Positions 6,897 to 16,181 of a stretch of 20,000 nucleotides of DNA are shown piece after piece. This DNA comes from an uncultured virus (IMG/VR IMGVR_UViG_2882593062_000003) (Duplodnaviria; Heunggongvirae; Uroviricota; Caudoviricetes). Positions within the stretch are counted from its first letter, which is position 1. Each line of letters begins with the position of its first letter. The stretch is from IMG/VR virus record IMGVR_UViG_2882593062_000003. One strand, 5' to 3'. A model generated the notes under the pieces. It was not told the origin of the DNA and ran no database searches. It was given only the letters and a program-made list of their open reading frames with translations. The position numbers were made by a program, and so were the translations under genes.

Positions 6897-8023
6897 CAGT
6901 ATTCGGCGTCAAAGAGGCTACCGATGCGGATTTTCTTCCGGGATTCCTCCTGAAGGCAGGCAGGCCGCATCTTTTCCAGTTGGGCCTTCAGGTCCTTGAT
7001 CAGGCGGTCGCGCCTGGCGGCCAGCCCGTTGTCAGAGGTGCTGCTGCCCTGTCCGTACAGCGCGACATAGGCTTCATTCTTCAGCTGCTGTTTGACTGAG
7101 TTGACCCGGTCGCTTGTCGACAGCTCCTCCAGCACGTCGCAGGCCAGCAGATGGAGCAGCGCCCCGGTCAGCATATCCTTATTGGTCAGCAGGGTGTTGG
7201 TGATGTCGCAGCGCACCTCGATGACCGCGTTCAGGCCCCATGTCTGAAGGCTGACGGCCTTCTCTTCCGCCCAGCTGAGGGTGCGGCCCGTGCCGACCGA
7301 CTCGACGTACACCGGCTCAATGTTCAGGTACGGCGAGCGGGTCCGGATGAATTCGGCTTCGATGCCTCCGCAGGTGTTGCAGTCGGCCACGTTCCAGCCC
7401 CGCTCGGCGCCGATCGCCCGCACGTCGGTCGGCAGGTCGCTTTCGAAGTAGCCGACCAGATAATACCCGCCCTGACGGCTGTACAGCCAGCAGTCGGCCG
7501 TGTTCCAGGCGGTACGGCCCGACAGCGTGGTGGTCAGGTTGACGGTCTTGATCGGGGTGGCCGCATCCGAATGGAACACGTACAGGGGCAGGTTGGTAAC
7601 GGGCCCTGACAGCTGAAGACCCAGCTTGACCAGGTTGACAGCCGTATCCCGACGGGGCAGGCGGATGCGCAGGCCCAAAAAGCGGCCTGTTTTGTTGAAG
7701 GCGCCCTGAATATTGCCCTCCTTCGGATGCAGGGGCGTTGCTTCCAGCAGCGGCCGGGCGGGTGGGTTGCCCGCGACCAGCAGGCCCAGTTTGTTGATGG
7801 CGCCCTTTTCGATCTGGGTGTACCATTCCATCAGGTCACCCCCGGCCGAAAGGTTGGGGCCCAGGGCGGTCAGTACATCCGAGCGAAGGAGCTTATGGGC
7901 GTCCTGCAGGTAGACGGTCGGGGCGTTGTGGGCATCGTCGCTGTAGTCGGTATCGGGCCGGGAGCCGGGATACAGGCCGACCGTGCCGACGAGCAGGGAA
8001 TGAAGTTGGGTCAGGTCCAGCAT
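6896..8023 (-). CDS. Phage structural protein, putative head-tail adaptor with inserted domain
   Basis: 375 aa, downstream of the capsid gene, TGATG-coupled to the neck gene, helical C-terminus, internal CNTC. The function is inferred from position. Confidence 0.5.
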   Translation of the reverse strand: MLDLTQLHSLLVGTVGLYPGSRPDTDYSDDAHNAPTVYLQDAHKLLRSDVLTALGPNLSAGGDLMEWYTQIEKGAINKLGLLVAGNPPARPLLEATPLHPKEGNIQGAFNKTGRFLGLRIRLPRRDTAVNLVKLGLQLSGPVTNLPLYVFHSDAATPIKTVNLTTTLSGRTAWNTADCWLYSRQGGYYLVGYFESDLPTDVRAIGAERGWNVADCNTCGGIEAEFIRTRSPYLNIEPVYVESVGTGRTLSWAEEKAVSLQTWGLNAVIEVRCDITNTLLTNKDMLTGALLHLLACDVLEELSTSDRVNSVKQQLKNEAYVALYGQGSSTSDNGLAARRDRLIKDLKAQLEKMRPACLQEESRKKIRIGSLFDAEY

Positions 8024-8049
8024 GGGCGATAGTTGTTTTTTACATAAAG

Positions 8050-8077
8050 CCCGGTGACCGCATTGGCAGCCACCGGG
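8050..8077 (-). terminator. Hairpin, possible terminator after the signal-peptide gene
   Basis: CCCGGTG (8050-8056) / CACCGGG (8071-8077), followed by CTTTAT on the minus strand. Confidence 0.4.
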
Positions 8078-8098
8078 ACCCGAATTATTCCTAAACCC

Positions 8099-8563
8099 TT
8101 AACCTTTTTCTTCACCGGGGCTGTGGCCCCACAATTTTCGACGGCCGCCCGGCCCTTTGAACCGCAGCAACAGAAGCGAGAGCAGCGAGAAGGCGCCGAA
8201 CATGTCGGTGCGAAGCTGCTTGATCGTCAGCGAGTCGCGTAGCGTTCCGGCTGCGTTGTTGATCCCGGTTTTTTTCAGCCGGTTGATGTTTCCCTTCCAG
8301 ACGACCTCGCCAGTCCGCCCGTCTCGGATTTCGACCAGCCCCTTATACCCGTTGTGGTTGAAGGTGACCGGTTTGGGGACCAGGTAGGTCTTTTTGTAGT
8401 TCGGCGAGTTGTAAACGGCCGTGGAGTCGTAAAACTCGATCGTCGTCGAGCCGGTGGAGGCTATGACGGTATTGGCAAACGAAGCCTTGCCCGTGGTCTG
8501 TGCCTCGGAGAAACCGGCGATCAGCAGCAGGACGGACCCAAAAAAAAGTTGAAACCCTTTCAT
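8099..8563 (-). CDS. Hypothetical exported/membrane protein
   Basis: N-terminal signal peptide MKGFQLFFGSVLLLIAGFSEA-Q (Gln at +1, common in Bacteroidota) and a short hydrophobic C-terminal segment followed by basic residues. Confidence 0.65.
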   Translation of the reverse strand: MKGFQLFFGSVLLLIAGFSEAQTTGKASFANTVIASTGSTTIEFYDSTAVYNSPNYKKTYLVPKPVTFNHNGYKGLVEIRDGRTGEVVWKGNINRLKKTGINNAAGTLRDSLTIKQLRTDMFGAFSLLSLLLLRFKGPGGRRKLWGHSPGEEKG

Positions 8564-8611
8564 GATTTCCGAGTTGTTTAAAAAAGGTGTTGGTTAATTC
8601 CGTACCCAGAG

Positions 8612-8645
8612 AAAAGTCAGGCCCCATAATCGAGGCCTGACTTTT
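8612..8645. terminator. Intrinsic terminator after the major capsid gene (potentially bidirectional)
   Basis: AAAAGTCAGGCC-N10-GGCCTGACTTTT perfect inverted repeat, 8 nt after the capsid stop. Confidence 0.8.
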
Positions 8646-8653
8646 TGCTTTTA

Positions 8654-9706
8654 TCAAGCCGGCGTGATCTCGAACCGCTTGATAGGCGATTCGCCACTCG
8701 TCGAGGTGAAGCCAGAAGAGATGATGAAGTCGCAGGACAGCTTCACATCCATCTGCCGGGCCTCATTCGCGCAGGTGATCTTCTGCAGAACCCCCCACTC
8801 CCAGCCTTCGAACAGATCGTCCGTCGTGCGGGCCCAGCTGGTCAGGTCCGACTTGTTGTCGAACCCGTTCCAGGCGTCCAGATACTCCGGAGAGCCCAGC
8901 GCCGGTGCAGTGCGGTAGTCGTAGTCGATCGCGTTGACGATCCCCACCGAACCGGTCGGCATCACGAAGTACACCGTGCGGTTCGAGCCGCGGGCGATGC
9001 GGTTGGTCCACTCGAAGTTTTCGATACCGGCCCCCTGCATGATCGCTTTGGTGTTGTAGATCGACCCGCCACCCGGGTTCATCAGCTTGTTGCGGTCGGC
9101 CAGCGCGTAGGTCGAGGCCACCACTGAATACGGGCCTTCGAAGTCCAGCTCGGCCATGATCGCCGGCAGGTTGTTGTAGAAGTCTTCCGGCTTCGAGGAA
9201 GGCAGCTGGTAGGCACCGGAGACGGCATCGTACAGCGGGTAGCTGCCCGGCGTCATCGTCGTGTCCTTGTTGGTGTCCAGGTGAGCCGCGCAGAGCGTAT
9301 CCAGATACTCAAGCACCGCCCGGCGGGCGTTCTTGTACTGGTGGGCCAGCACGTCTTCGGCCGTCACGTAGTTGTCCTCCAGCGTTGCCGGGACAATCGA
9401 CATGTCGATGGCTACGTGAATGCGGCTCAGCGTCTTCAGCGTCGGCGAGATGTCCGGGCCGGAGATCGAGCAACTGCGCACGGTCAGGACCGTGTGGGCG
9501 TACTTGTTGAGGATGGGAATCTTGACCGTCCGGGTGAACGGCAGTTTCCGGATTTTTTCAAGCAGAGCCTTGCTGAACAGCTCATTGGACTGCGCGTAAT
9601 AGGAGTTCAGGGCCCCGTAGTGGCTCAGACGTCCTTCCAATGCTCCGAACTTGCCAGGCGAGATGCTTGCAATTACCTCGGGTAACAACAATGCGGTAAG
9701 CGCCAT
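8654..9706 (-). CDS. Putative major capsid protein
   Basis: 350 aa, directly after the scaffold gene and followed by a terminator. The TVKIPIL segment is typical of capsid proteins, and it ends SPIKRFEI. Confidence 0.72.
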   Translation of the reverse strand: MALTALLLPEVIASISPGKFGALEGRLSHYGALNSYYAQSNELFSKALLEKIRKLPFTRTVKIPILNKYAHTVLTVRSCSISGPDISPTLKTLSRIHVAIDMSIVPATLEDNYVTAEDVLAHQYKNARRAVLEYLDTLCAAHLDTNKDTTMTPGSYPLYDAVSGAYQLPSSKPEDFYNNLPAIMAELDFEGPYSVVASTYALADRNKLMNPGGGSIYNTKAIMQGAGIENFEWTNRIARGSNRTVYFVMPTGSVGIVNAIDYDYRTAPALGSPEYLDAWNGFDNKSDLTSWARTTDDLFEGWEWGVLQKITCANEARQMDVKLSCDFIISSGFTSTSGESPIKRFEITPA

Positions 9707-9791
9707 GATTGAAAAAGTGGTTTAAAAGTGAAACATGGCTCACGATTGGCAGTCCGGTAGCGCTTCGTAAGTATTAATTGAGAAAAATGCG

Positions 9792-10706
9792 TTAAACGAT
9801 GCCGGCGAGCTTCTTCTGCTCGGCGACAAACTTCTTCCAGTCTGGGGTCCCGAAAGCCAGCCCTTGACCGGCAGCCTCCTTGTAGATGTCCGTCAGCGTT
9901 TTGGCCCCACCGGTTCCGCCGTTTCCGGGTTTGTGGGTGCCACCGCCGGCCTGCTGATGCCCTTCTGAAGCCAGCAGCAGCTTATGGTTCTGTTTGATGA
10001 TCTCCAGCGGGGACAGATACCGGGCCTCATTAGCGTTCACCAGCGGGTCCTTCGATCCTTTCTTAGTGAAATACACCTCCCCTTCCTCATCGGAATGGGA
10101 TTCGTACTTCGCTTCGAAAAAGTCCTTCAGATCGCTGATGGCCTCGGCTTTCGCCTTGTTTTTGGCCGCTTCCTCCTTGATCGTGGGATCGATCGGGACA
10201 TTGGCTGCCCGCAGATCCGCTTTGATGACGGCCGAAACCTGCTTCTGGAAGGCTTTTTTCTCGCCCTCCTCTTTTTCCTGCTGAAACTTTTCGAGCTGCT
10301 TCTGCAAACCGTCGATGACCGCATCGCCTTTGGGGGAACCTCCCCCTTTCAGGGCGGCTTTCAGCTTCTCGATCTGGGCGTCGGAGAAGGGCAGCAGGCC
10401 ATCTTCCTCCAGCTTGGCGACCCATTCCCGCGTCCGCATCTTGTCGGGCTTTGTCTGTCCGGTGGCCAAAGCCAGCATGCCGTCGACGGACCGGTAAAAT
10501 TTGGCGCCTTCCTGATCGATGGCTTCCTGATTCTTTTTGGTCACCTCTGCCGCCAGTTCGGCATCGTATTCGGCCTTCGTTTTGACCAGGTGACCTTTGC
10601 CCGTCAGGAATTTGGAGGCATCGGCGGTGCGCTTTTCAAGCAGCTGGGTGAACAGATCCGGGGTTTCGGTCAGTTCGGTTTCGAGTTGTTCCAGTGTAAG
10701 GGCCAT
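9792..10706 (-). CDS. Putative capsid scaffolding protein
   Basis: 304 aa, charged coiled coil, Gly-rich linker (QQAGGGT..GGTGG) and short C-terminal helix, directly upstream of the capsid gene. Confidence 0.7.
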   Translation of the reverse strand: MALTLEQLETELTETPDLFTQLLEKRTADASKFLTGKGHLVKTKAEYDAELAAEVTKKNQEAIDQEGAKFYRSVDGMLALATGQTKPDKMRTREWVAKLEEDGLLPFSDAQIEKLKAALKGGGSPKGDAVIDGLQKQLEKFQQEKEEGEKKAFQKQVSAVIKADLRAANVPIDPTIKEEAAKNKAKAEAISDLKDFFEAKYESHSDEEGEVYFTKKGSKDPLVNANEARYLSPLEIIKQNHKLLLASEGHQQAGGGTHKPGNGGTGGAKTLTDIYKEAAGQGLAFGTPDWKKFVAEQKKLAGIV

Positions 10707-10765
10707 AATCGGTCCGGTGGAGTTATGGTTTGTAAAGAATGTACGGTTTTAGCACTCTGTTTCAG

Positions 10766-11380
10766 TTACTTCCCGGGCTGATGCAGCACCGTAAAGGCCA
10801 GACCCAGGGCGTCATACGCCGAAAGGCCGGTGGCCTGCTGGGGCTTGGAGAAGGCCTCGAAGTCCAGCGGGTCGATGAACTGAATCTCCCGAAGCTTCTT
10901 ATCCTCGTGTTCGTCGCCGGAAGGCAGCTTAACGAAGGTTTGCTTCAGGATGATCACCTTGTTGTCCGGCAGCTGGGGCAACGGGATGATGTCCCGAATG
11001 TTGAACTGCTTTTTTTTGTCCTGATTGCCATACAGCGGCTTTGACAGGTCCACTTCCTGCGTTTCAGTGGTTGACGCGGCAATTTCCGCAGCCTTGGCAG
11101 CCTCGGCGGCCTGCTGCTCTTTCCGGCGTTCTTCGGCAAACTGGGCTTTGAACTCCTCCATTTGCCGGCTGAACTCCTTTGAAAGCTCGCCTTGATGCGC
11201 CGAAACGGCATCGGCTACGGCTTTCTTAAATTCTTCGGTTTCATGCAGCGGCACCTGGGGCTGGTTTCCCTCTCCCTGGGGCTCCGGCTGGTTTGCCGTT
11301 TCCGGGCTGCTGGCCGGCGGGGTTGGCTGGCTGGGGGTTGAGGCCGACGTCTGGTCGGGACTTGAGTTGCTCTTCGACAT
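10766..11380 (-). CDS. Hypothetical phage head-module protein
   Basis: 204 aa with disordered P/S/Q N-terminus, coiled coil and globular C-terminus. Overlaps the portal 3' end. Confidence 0.6.
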   Translation of the reverse strand: MSKSNSSPDQTSASTPSQPTPPASSPETANQPEPQGEGNQPQVPLHETEEFKKAVADAVSAHQGELSKEFSRQMEEFKAQFAEERRKEQQAAEAAKAAEIAASTTETQEVDLSKPLYGNQDKKKQFNIRDIIPLPQLPDNKVIILKQTFVKLPSGDEHEDKKLREIQFIDPLDFEAFSKPQQATGLSAYDALGLAFTVLHQPGK

Positions 11381-13082
11381 AGTCGTATAGTTTTTGAGAA
11401 ATGGAAGCGATGCGTTTGGGGTAGTCGGTCGCCAGACCGAAGCGCTCGATCGGCATATTGTTTTCCCGCTCGAACCGGCGGATCAGGCCCGACAGGCCCG
11501 TAGCGACCCCGAACCCGATCGGATCGGTCACGTTGACCTGGGCGGTGGTCAGCTCCTCCATCGTCCGGAACGGGTAAGGGTTCAGGTCGTTGATCATCCG
11601 GTAGCGCAGGCGCCGGGAAGCGTCCGAGCGGGCGTAGAAGTCCTGCAGCATGCTGTCGATCTCCTCCAGCAGCCAGTCCGACATACCGCCTTCCTTAGCC
11701 AGCTTGTAGAGCGTGGCCAGCGTTTCGCTGGAAAGCACTGAAAACCGGCGGCCGTAGTCGACCGTGCAGCCCAGATAGTTGTCACCGTAGCGGAGCCGGC
11801 CGATGGTGTTGATCAGGTTGCGGTGCAGGTTCTCGAAATGCACGGCCAGGTACTGACACACCTGCCGGGCCCGTTCCAGAATGGCCATCACCTGATCCTC
11901 GTTGACAGCGGCCTTTTTCATGGGACTTCCTTCGTAGCCGGTGGCCGTCTTCAGAATCTCGCTGCGGATCGAGGCCAGCCAGTCCCGGTGAAAGGTCAGC
12001 GCGTTGTTGTCGACGCCGATATAGCCTGCCGGCGGCCGCATGTCGGCATCCGTATTGGTCTGAGGAGCCGGAATGGGGATGCGCGAGCCGAGGCCGAACT
12101 TGTTCTTGTTCAGACAGCGGGGGCAGGAGCGGCCCGTACCCACTTTATGTCCCTGATCGTTGTAGGCCATCAGGGTTCCGTGCTCGCAGTAGAAACCTTC
12201 CAGCGACTTGTAATCGCAGTTTTCTGACTCCAGATGCCAGAACAGCGGGATAGCGGAGGTCAGCCGGAACAAGCGGAAGGCTCCCTCCTCGAACACCAGA
12301 CCGTCCAGCTTACCCAGCAGGGGGCGAAGGACCGTATTCGATAGCAGGGGATTCGTGCCGGAGACGTCCGACCAGGCCTTGAACACCGGAGCGACGCCCA
12401 GCGGGTGGGGGGATGCCGTTTCCAGCGTCCAGTCTCCGCCTTTGGGCTTGATGTAGATGCTGTAGGCTTCGCTGTCGTACAGCGCACGGCGCAGCACATC
12501 GGGCGTTTCAGGCAGGGGTGGCAGGTCAAAGAAGGCAAACACCAGCTGACCGGCCTGCTGATGAAACTTATGGGCCTCGATGGCCTGCACCTGATCCAGT
12601 GTCAGCAGGTAGACGTACGGTTCGGGGAAGTCGGTGGTCTGCTCTCGGGGCAAATCGACGACGACCAGCGCGTTGGGCGACTCAAACAGGGCGTTGTGGC
12701 AGTCGCCGGAGATGAAACCTGACAGGTTGATCTGCTCCAGATAATCGTCGAAGTCGCGCTGGAGCTTCTCATCCCGCATATCCACAGAAATGTTGCGGTC
12801 CTGGGCGTGGTGGACGGCTGAACAGGCGTCGGAGATCTCGTCGACGACTTCGACGGTACAGAGGGGCCAGTAAATCTGACGGATGAGCTGGTCTAAGGTA
12901 CCTTTGCCGTTGACGGAAGGGCGAATGACGGTATCGACGAAGCGGGGCCAATAAGGCGAAGCCGAGGCTGCGTCGGTGGCAGCCTCGGCATGGAGCCGGT
13001 GACGGTCATCATCAGCCTTGGCGGCCTGAAGTGCCCTTCGATTGGCTTTTTTTACCCTCGGATCGTTGGGTGTCAGCGGCAT
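11241..13082 (-). CDS. Putative portal protein
   Basis: ~613 aa from the ATG at 13082 (MPLTPNDP). Motifs HPLGVAPV, VDYGRRF and largely helical C-terminal half. Lies between terminase and scaffold/capsid genes. Confidence 0.72.
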   Translation of the reverse strand: MPLTPNDPRVKKANRRALQAAKADDDRHRLHAEAATDAASASPYWPRFVDTVIRPSVNGKGTLDQLIRQIYWPLCTVEVVDEISDACSAVHHAQDRNISVDMRDEKLQRDFDDYLEQINLSGFISGDCHNALFESPNALVVVDLPREQTTDFPEPYVYLLTLDQVQAIEAHKFHQQAGQLVFAFFDLPPLPETPDVLRRALYDSEAYSIYIKPKGGDWTLETASPHPLGVAPVFKAWSDVSGTNPLLSNTVLRPLLGKLDGLVFEEGAFRLFRLTSAIPLFWHLESENCDYKSLEGFYCEHGTLMAYNDQGHKVGTGRSCPRCLNKNKFGLGSRIPIPAPQTNTDADMRPPAGYIGVDNNALTFHRDWLASIRSEILKTATGYEGSPMKKAAVNEDQVMAILERARQVCQYLAVHFENLHRNLINTIGRLRYGDNYLGCTVDYGRRFSVLSSETLATLYKLAKEGGMSDWLLEEIDSMLQDFYARSDASRRLRYRMINDLNPYPFRTMEELTTAQVNVTDPIGFGVATGLSGLIRRFERENNMPIERFGLATDYPKRIASISQKLYDYVEEQLKSRPDVGLNPQPANPAGQQPGNGKPAGAPGRGKPAPGAAA

Positions 13083-13257
13083 TCGTCTCTGTTTCCGTTG
13101 GCGGGATGTCGGCATGTACGGTGGGCACGACTTCCCAGCATTGTACCCCGATGCGCTGTTCGAGATCGAGCAGGCGGGCTGCGTGATCATCGTCCAGCTC
13201 AATCTCCCGGCCGAAGTAGGGCATGTCCGGCTGGTGTATTTCCCGCAGCCTGACCAT
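13012..13257 (-). CDS. Small hypothetical phage protein
   Basis: 81 aa from the ATG at 13257 (MVRLREIH...), TAATG-coupled to the stop of the upstream gene. Confidence 0.65.
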   Translation of the reverse strand: MVRLREIHQPDMPYFGREIELDDDHAARLLDLEQRIGVQCWEVVPTVHADIPPTETETNAADTQRSEGKKSQSKGTSGRQG

Positions 13258-13880
13258 TAATTCTTGATCAGGGAGTGGTTGAAGCCGAGGTCGAGGACTT
13301 TGGCGTCTCTCCACCAGCCTTTCGGAAGTTCCAGTTCAAAGTTGAACAGCGTCAGGCTGTGCAGCTGGCCGCCGGCCGGATCCGATACGAAGGCGTTCAG
13401 GATGTCGATGCCGCCACCGCCTTCGAGGAACACGATCTGACGATCACCGAGCAGCATGTACATCCACAGCTGAGGCAGGTCGGCCGAGGAGTTGGCCCAG
13501 GCGAACAGATTCTCCATTTCCTTGTACTGAGTCGGTGACAGGCCCATGTATTGACCGCGGAGCATCGGCACGGACTGACCGACGACGTAGCTGCGGCCGT
13601 CAGGCGTCGAGTTGTCGTTGGAGCCGACTTTCACGGCTTCGGTGGCCGTCAGCTCCGGGGCAAAGATCTTTCCGGTCGGCGCGACGATCTTCGTGTCGTC
13701 GGAAGCGGCCAGGGCCGTCGTCCAATTGGAGAGCGTGAGGATGGTCGTGTTGGTGAAGGTGGCCGTCCCCTGCTTCTTTTGCAGGACGACTCGTCGGACC
13801 TGTTGCAGGATAGTCGCGCAGTTCGCTTCGCTTACGGCGGTAAGAACGCCCGTCAGGGCGGCACAGCTTTTGAATTGCAT
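13257..13880 (-). CDS. Phage structural protein, possibly major tail tube protein
   Basis: 207 aa from the ATG at 13880 (MQFKSCAA...), beta-rich and T/S/G-rich. Resembles tube-like proteins of Bacteroidota siphoviruses from recall, not from a search. Confidence 0.5.
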   Translation of the reverse strand: MQFKSCAALTGVLTAVSEANCATILQQVRRVVLQKKQGTATFTNTTILTLSNWTTALAASDDTKIVAPTGKIFAPELTATEAVKVGSNDNSTPDGRSYVVGQSVPMLRGQYMGLSPTQYKEMENLFAWANSSADLPQLWMYMLLGDRQIVFLEGGGGIDILNAFVSDPAGGQLHSLTLFNFELELPKGWWRDAKVLDLGFNHSLIKN

Positions 13881-14021
13881 GGATGTTTGTCGGAAACGCT
13901 CGGTGAGCGAGCGAGGTGAAACAACGGTTGTTTCCGACAGTCCGGTAGCCGGATAGAGTGAGAGCAAAGATAATTATTATCTGAAACTTGTCAAGCATAT
14001 TTACTTGCCCTCATAAGCATG

Positions 14022-15506
14022 CTAACTGTTGTCGGCGCCCCTTAGAGTTCTGGGCGGCCGGAAGTATTTAGTGAACACCGCCCCGCGCACGGCGTCGATG
14101 CCATGGTTAAAGGCGTCGATCGGCGTGTTGGTAGCCACCCCACCCATCATGATCCACTGGTAGTTGTTGCGTTCGCGGAGCAGGTTGCGGCTCCGGCGGG
14201 TCACATACACCTCGAACTCCTTCAGCTTATTGATGCCGGCGCTGATCGAGTCGGGGCCTTTCGTCGTGGGCAGGACCATCAGGCCCGGCAGTCGGGTGCC
14301 GCCGGGAAGAATCGTGCCCCTTCTGAGCTCTTCGATGGATTTCGGTTCGGCGCTGTCGGCGTAGGTCTCCTGATGACGGGGGATTCTGAGGGCTTCAAAC
14401 CGCTGGGCGATATCCGGGTTGGTCAGGCCCGTTTCGTATAGCAGCTCGTCCAGGTACAGCCGGCGGCCCATCTTGCCGATCCGGATCAGGGCCGTCGGGT
14501 CGTTGGTGTAGCCGAAATCCATGCCGTTGAAAATGACCTCGCAGTCGGCCGGAAACTCGTCGCATTCCTTCCAGTCGCCGAACACCAGCGCTTCCAGCGA
14601 CGGTTTGGGGTCCTGCTGGTAGAGGCTGTTGAAGGTGACGGGGTTCTCGTCGCGGATCTTCTCGATCTTCGCCTGGCTGTGGCGCTCGGGCCAGAGGGCC
14701 TGACCCAGAGGACGGGGGTCGAAATCGTTAATATCCTCAGTCCGAAGGGCCGGAAACGACACGACGCGCCAGCCGGTGGGGTTTTCCGGGCTCAGAATGC
14801 CGTCGCGGGCCAGCAGGCGGCCGCCCAGGTCGTCTTCGTGCCAGCGCGTCTGGATCAGCACCTGCGCGGAGTGGTTGTGCAGGCGCGTTTCAAACACATC
14901 CGTGTACCAGTTCCAGAGGTTTTCCCGGATCGTCAGCGACTGGGCGTCCTGCCGGTCCTTGATCGGATCGTCGATAATGCCGTCGTCGACAGGGGTACCC
15001 GTCAGCGAGCCTCCGACCCCCACGGTTTTGACGAAGCCGCGGCGGCCGACGACCTCGAAAATCTCACTGTTACGCAGGGCCACGCCTTTGGCCACGGTCA
15101 CCACGTTGGTGGCGTTCAGGCGGGTGGCCGGAAACAGGCGGTAATAGGGTTCGTCGTCCATTCGGCGCTGGATATCCCGGTTGAAGGAGCTGGCCAGCGT
15201 GGCCGAGTAGGAGGCTACGACGATTTTCCGGTCGGGATCTTTGCCCAGCACCCAGGCGGGGTAGGAGCGGGTGGAAATCTCCGATTTGCCGTGCTGGGGA
15301 GGCACGAACAGCATCAGGCGGGTGATCTCCCGTTGGTAGACGCGCTGCAGCTCGTCGGCGATGAGGGCGTGAAACCACTGCATCTGGTAGCCGTCCCGGA
15401 TGTAAGGCAAAAAATCCCGGAAGTTATTCCTCGCCAGAATCCTCTGATACAGTTCCAGCTCTAATCGTTGCTCTAAGAGCCGCAATTCGTGTGCGGAGTT
15501 CTTCAT
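14022..15506 (-). CDS. terL: Phage terminase large subunit
   Basis: Walker A region VPPQHGKSE, Walker B IIDDP, QTRWHEDDL, SLYQQDP, and nuclease motifs GMDFGYTNDP, ADSAEPKSI, NHGIDAVR. Confidence 0.95.
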   Translation of the reverse strand: MKNSAHELRLLEQRLELELYQRILARNNFRDFLPYIRDGYQMQWFHALIADELQRVYQREITRLMLFVPPQHGKSEISTRSYPAWVLGKDPDRKIVVASYSATLASSFNRDIQRRMDDEPYYRLFPATRLNATNVVTVAKGVALRNSEIFEVVGRRGFVKTVGVGGSLTGTPVDDGIIDDPIKDRQDAQSLTIRENLWNWYTDVFETRLHNHSAQVLIQTRWHEDDLGGRLLARDGILSPENPTGWRVVSFPALRTEDINDFDPRPLGQALWPERHSQAKIEKIRDENPVTFNSLYQQDPKPSLEALVFGDWKECDEFPADCEVIFNGMDFGYTNDPTALIRIGKMGRRLYLDELLYETGLTNPDIAQRFEALRIPRHQETYADSAEPKSIEELRRGTILPGGTRLPGLMVLPTTKGPDSISAGINKLKEFEVYVTRRSRNLLRERNNYQWIMMGGVATNTPIDAFNHGIDAVRGAVFTKYFRPPRTLRGADNS

Positions 15507-16083
15507 CAGTCAGTTTGGTTACGTCGTCGATCGGGATGGGGGCACCACCGGGGCCGGAGTGCTCGATTTTGCGGACGATTTTGCCCCGCACTTCGAGGAT
15601 GTTGCGCACGGCCGTCATGGGGTCGTTGAGCTTAATCTTGGTTTTGACCGTCTCCGTGCTGCCCGTTTCGGAATAGTGGGTGGTTTTGACCTGCTCGACC
15701 TCTTTCAGAAGGCCGATGTTCTCCCGGGCCAGGGGCGTGTCGAGGCTGACTTCTCCGGTGTAAAGGAAGGGGTGAAGCGTGCCGCGTCCCCAGGTCGTCA
15801 GCTTATCGATGGCCTCCTCGACCGACATTGACCGCTCCTCGAAGTAGCGTTTGATGGCCCTCAAAAGGTTAACATTGGTTAACAGGCGGCTGGCCTGCTC
15901 TTTGGCGGTATGCTCGCTGTAACCCGCTTTTCGGGCCGCCTCTGCCCCTTTTCCATGCTTACAATACTCTTCGACAAACTGCTGCTGTTGCAGCGTCAAA
16001 CCCTCGTACCAGGGCGCATATTCATCAGGCTCCGATGCAGAGTCAGGGGCGTTTTGGTCCGGTGAAAACTCCTCTTGATCCAT
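15424..16083 (-). CDS. terS: Phage terminase small subunit
   Basis: LTLQQQQFVEEY...AEAARKAGYSEHTAKEQASRLL HTH and C-terminal KIEHSGPGGAPI. Directly upstream of terL. Confidence 0.9.
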   Translation of the reverse strand: MDQEEFSPDQNAPDSASEPDEYAPWYEGLTLQQQQFVEEYCKHGKGAEAARKAGYSEHTAKEQASRLLTNVNLLRAIKRYFEERSMSVEEAIDKLTTWGRGTLHPFLYTGEVSLDTPLARENIGLLKEVEQVKTTHYSETGSTETVKTKIKLNDPMTAVRNILEVRGKIVRKIEHSGPGGAPIPIDDVTKLTDEELRTRIAALRATIRAGTVSEDSGEE

Positions 16084-16150
16084 AAAATGACGGTGGGTAA
16101 AACCAGTAAATAATTCAATAAAAGTATACTTAAAAAATTATGTAAGCAAT

Positions 16151-16181
16151 TTTGGCAGTTTATATAAATTTATTAAATTTG
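16151..16181 (+). promoter_or_regulatory. Bacteroidota sigma70 promoter for the rightward operon
   Basis: TTTG (16151-16154), 19-nt spacer, TAAATTTG (16174-16181), inside the AT-rich divergent intergenic region. Confidence 0.7.

Noticed and set aside
13881..13967. N-terminal extensions in the ORF track (tube-like gene from 13967, portal from 13202, LytTR from 4717)
   Set aside because: The extensions are non-ATG or overlap upstream genes heavily. Downstream ATGs at 13880, 13082 and 4855 fit operon structure better.
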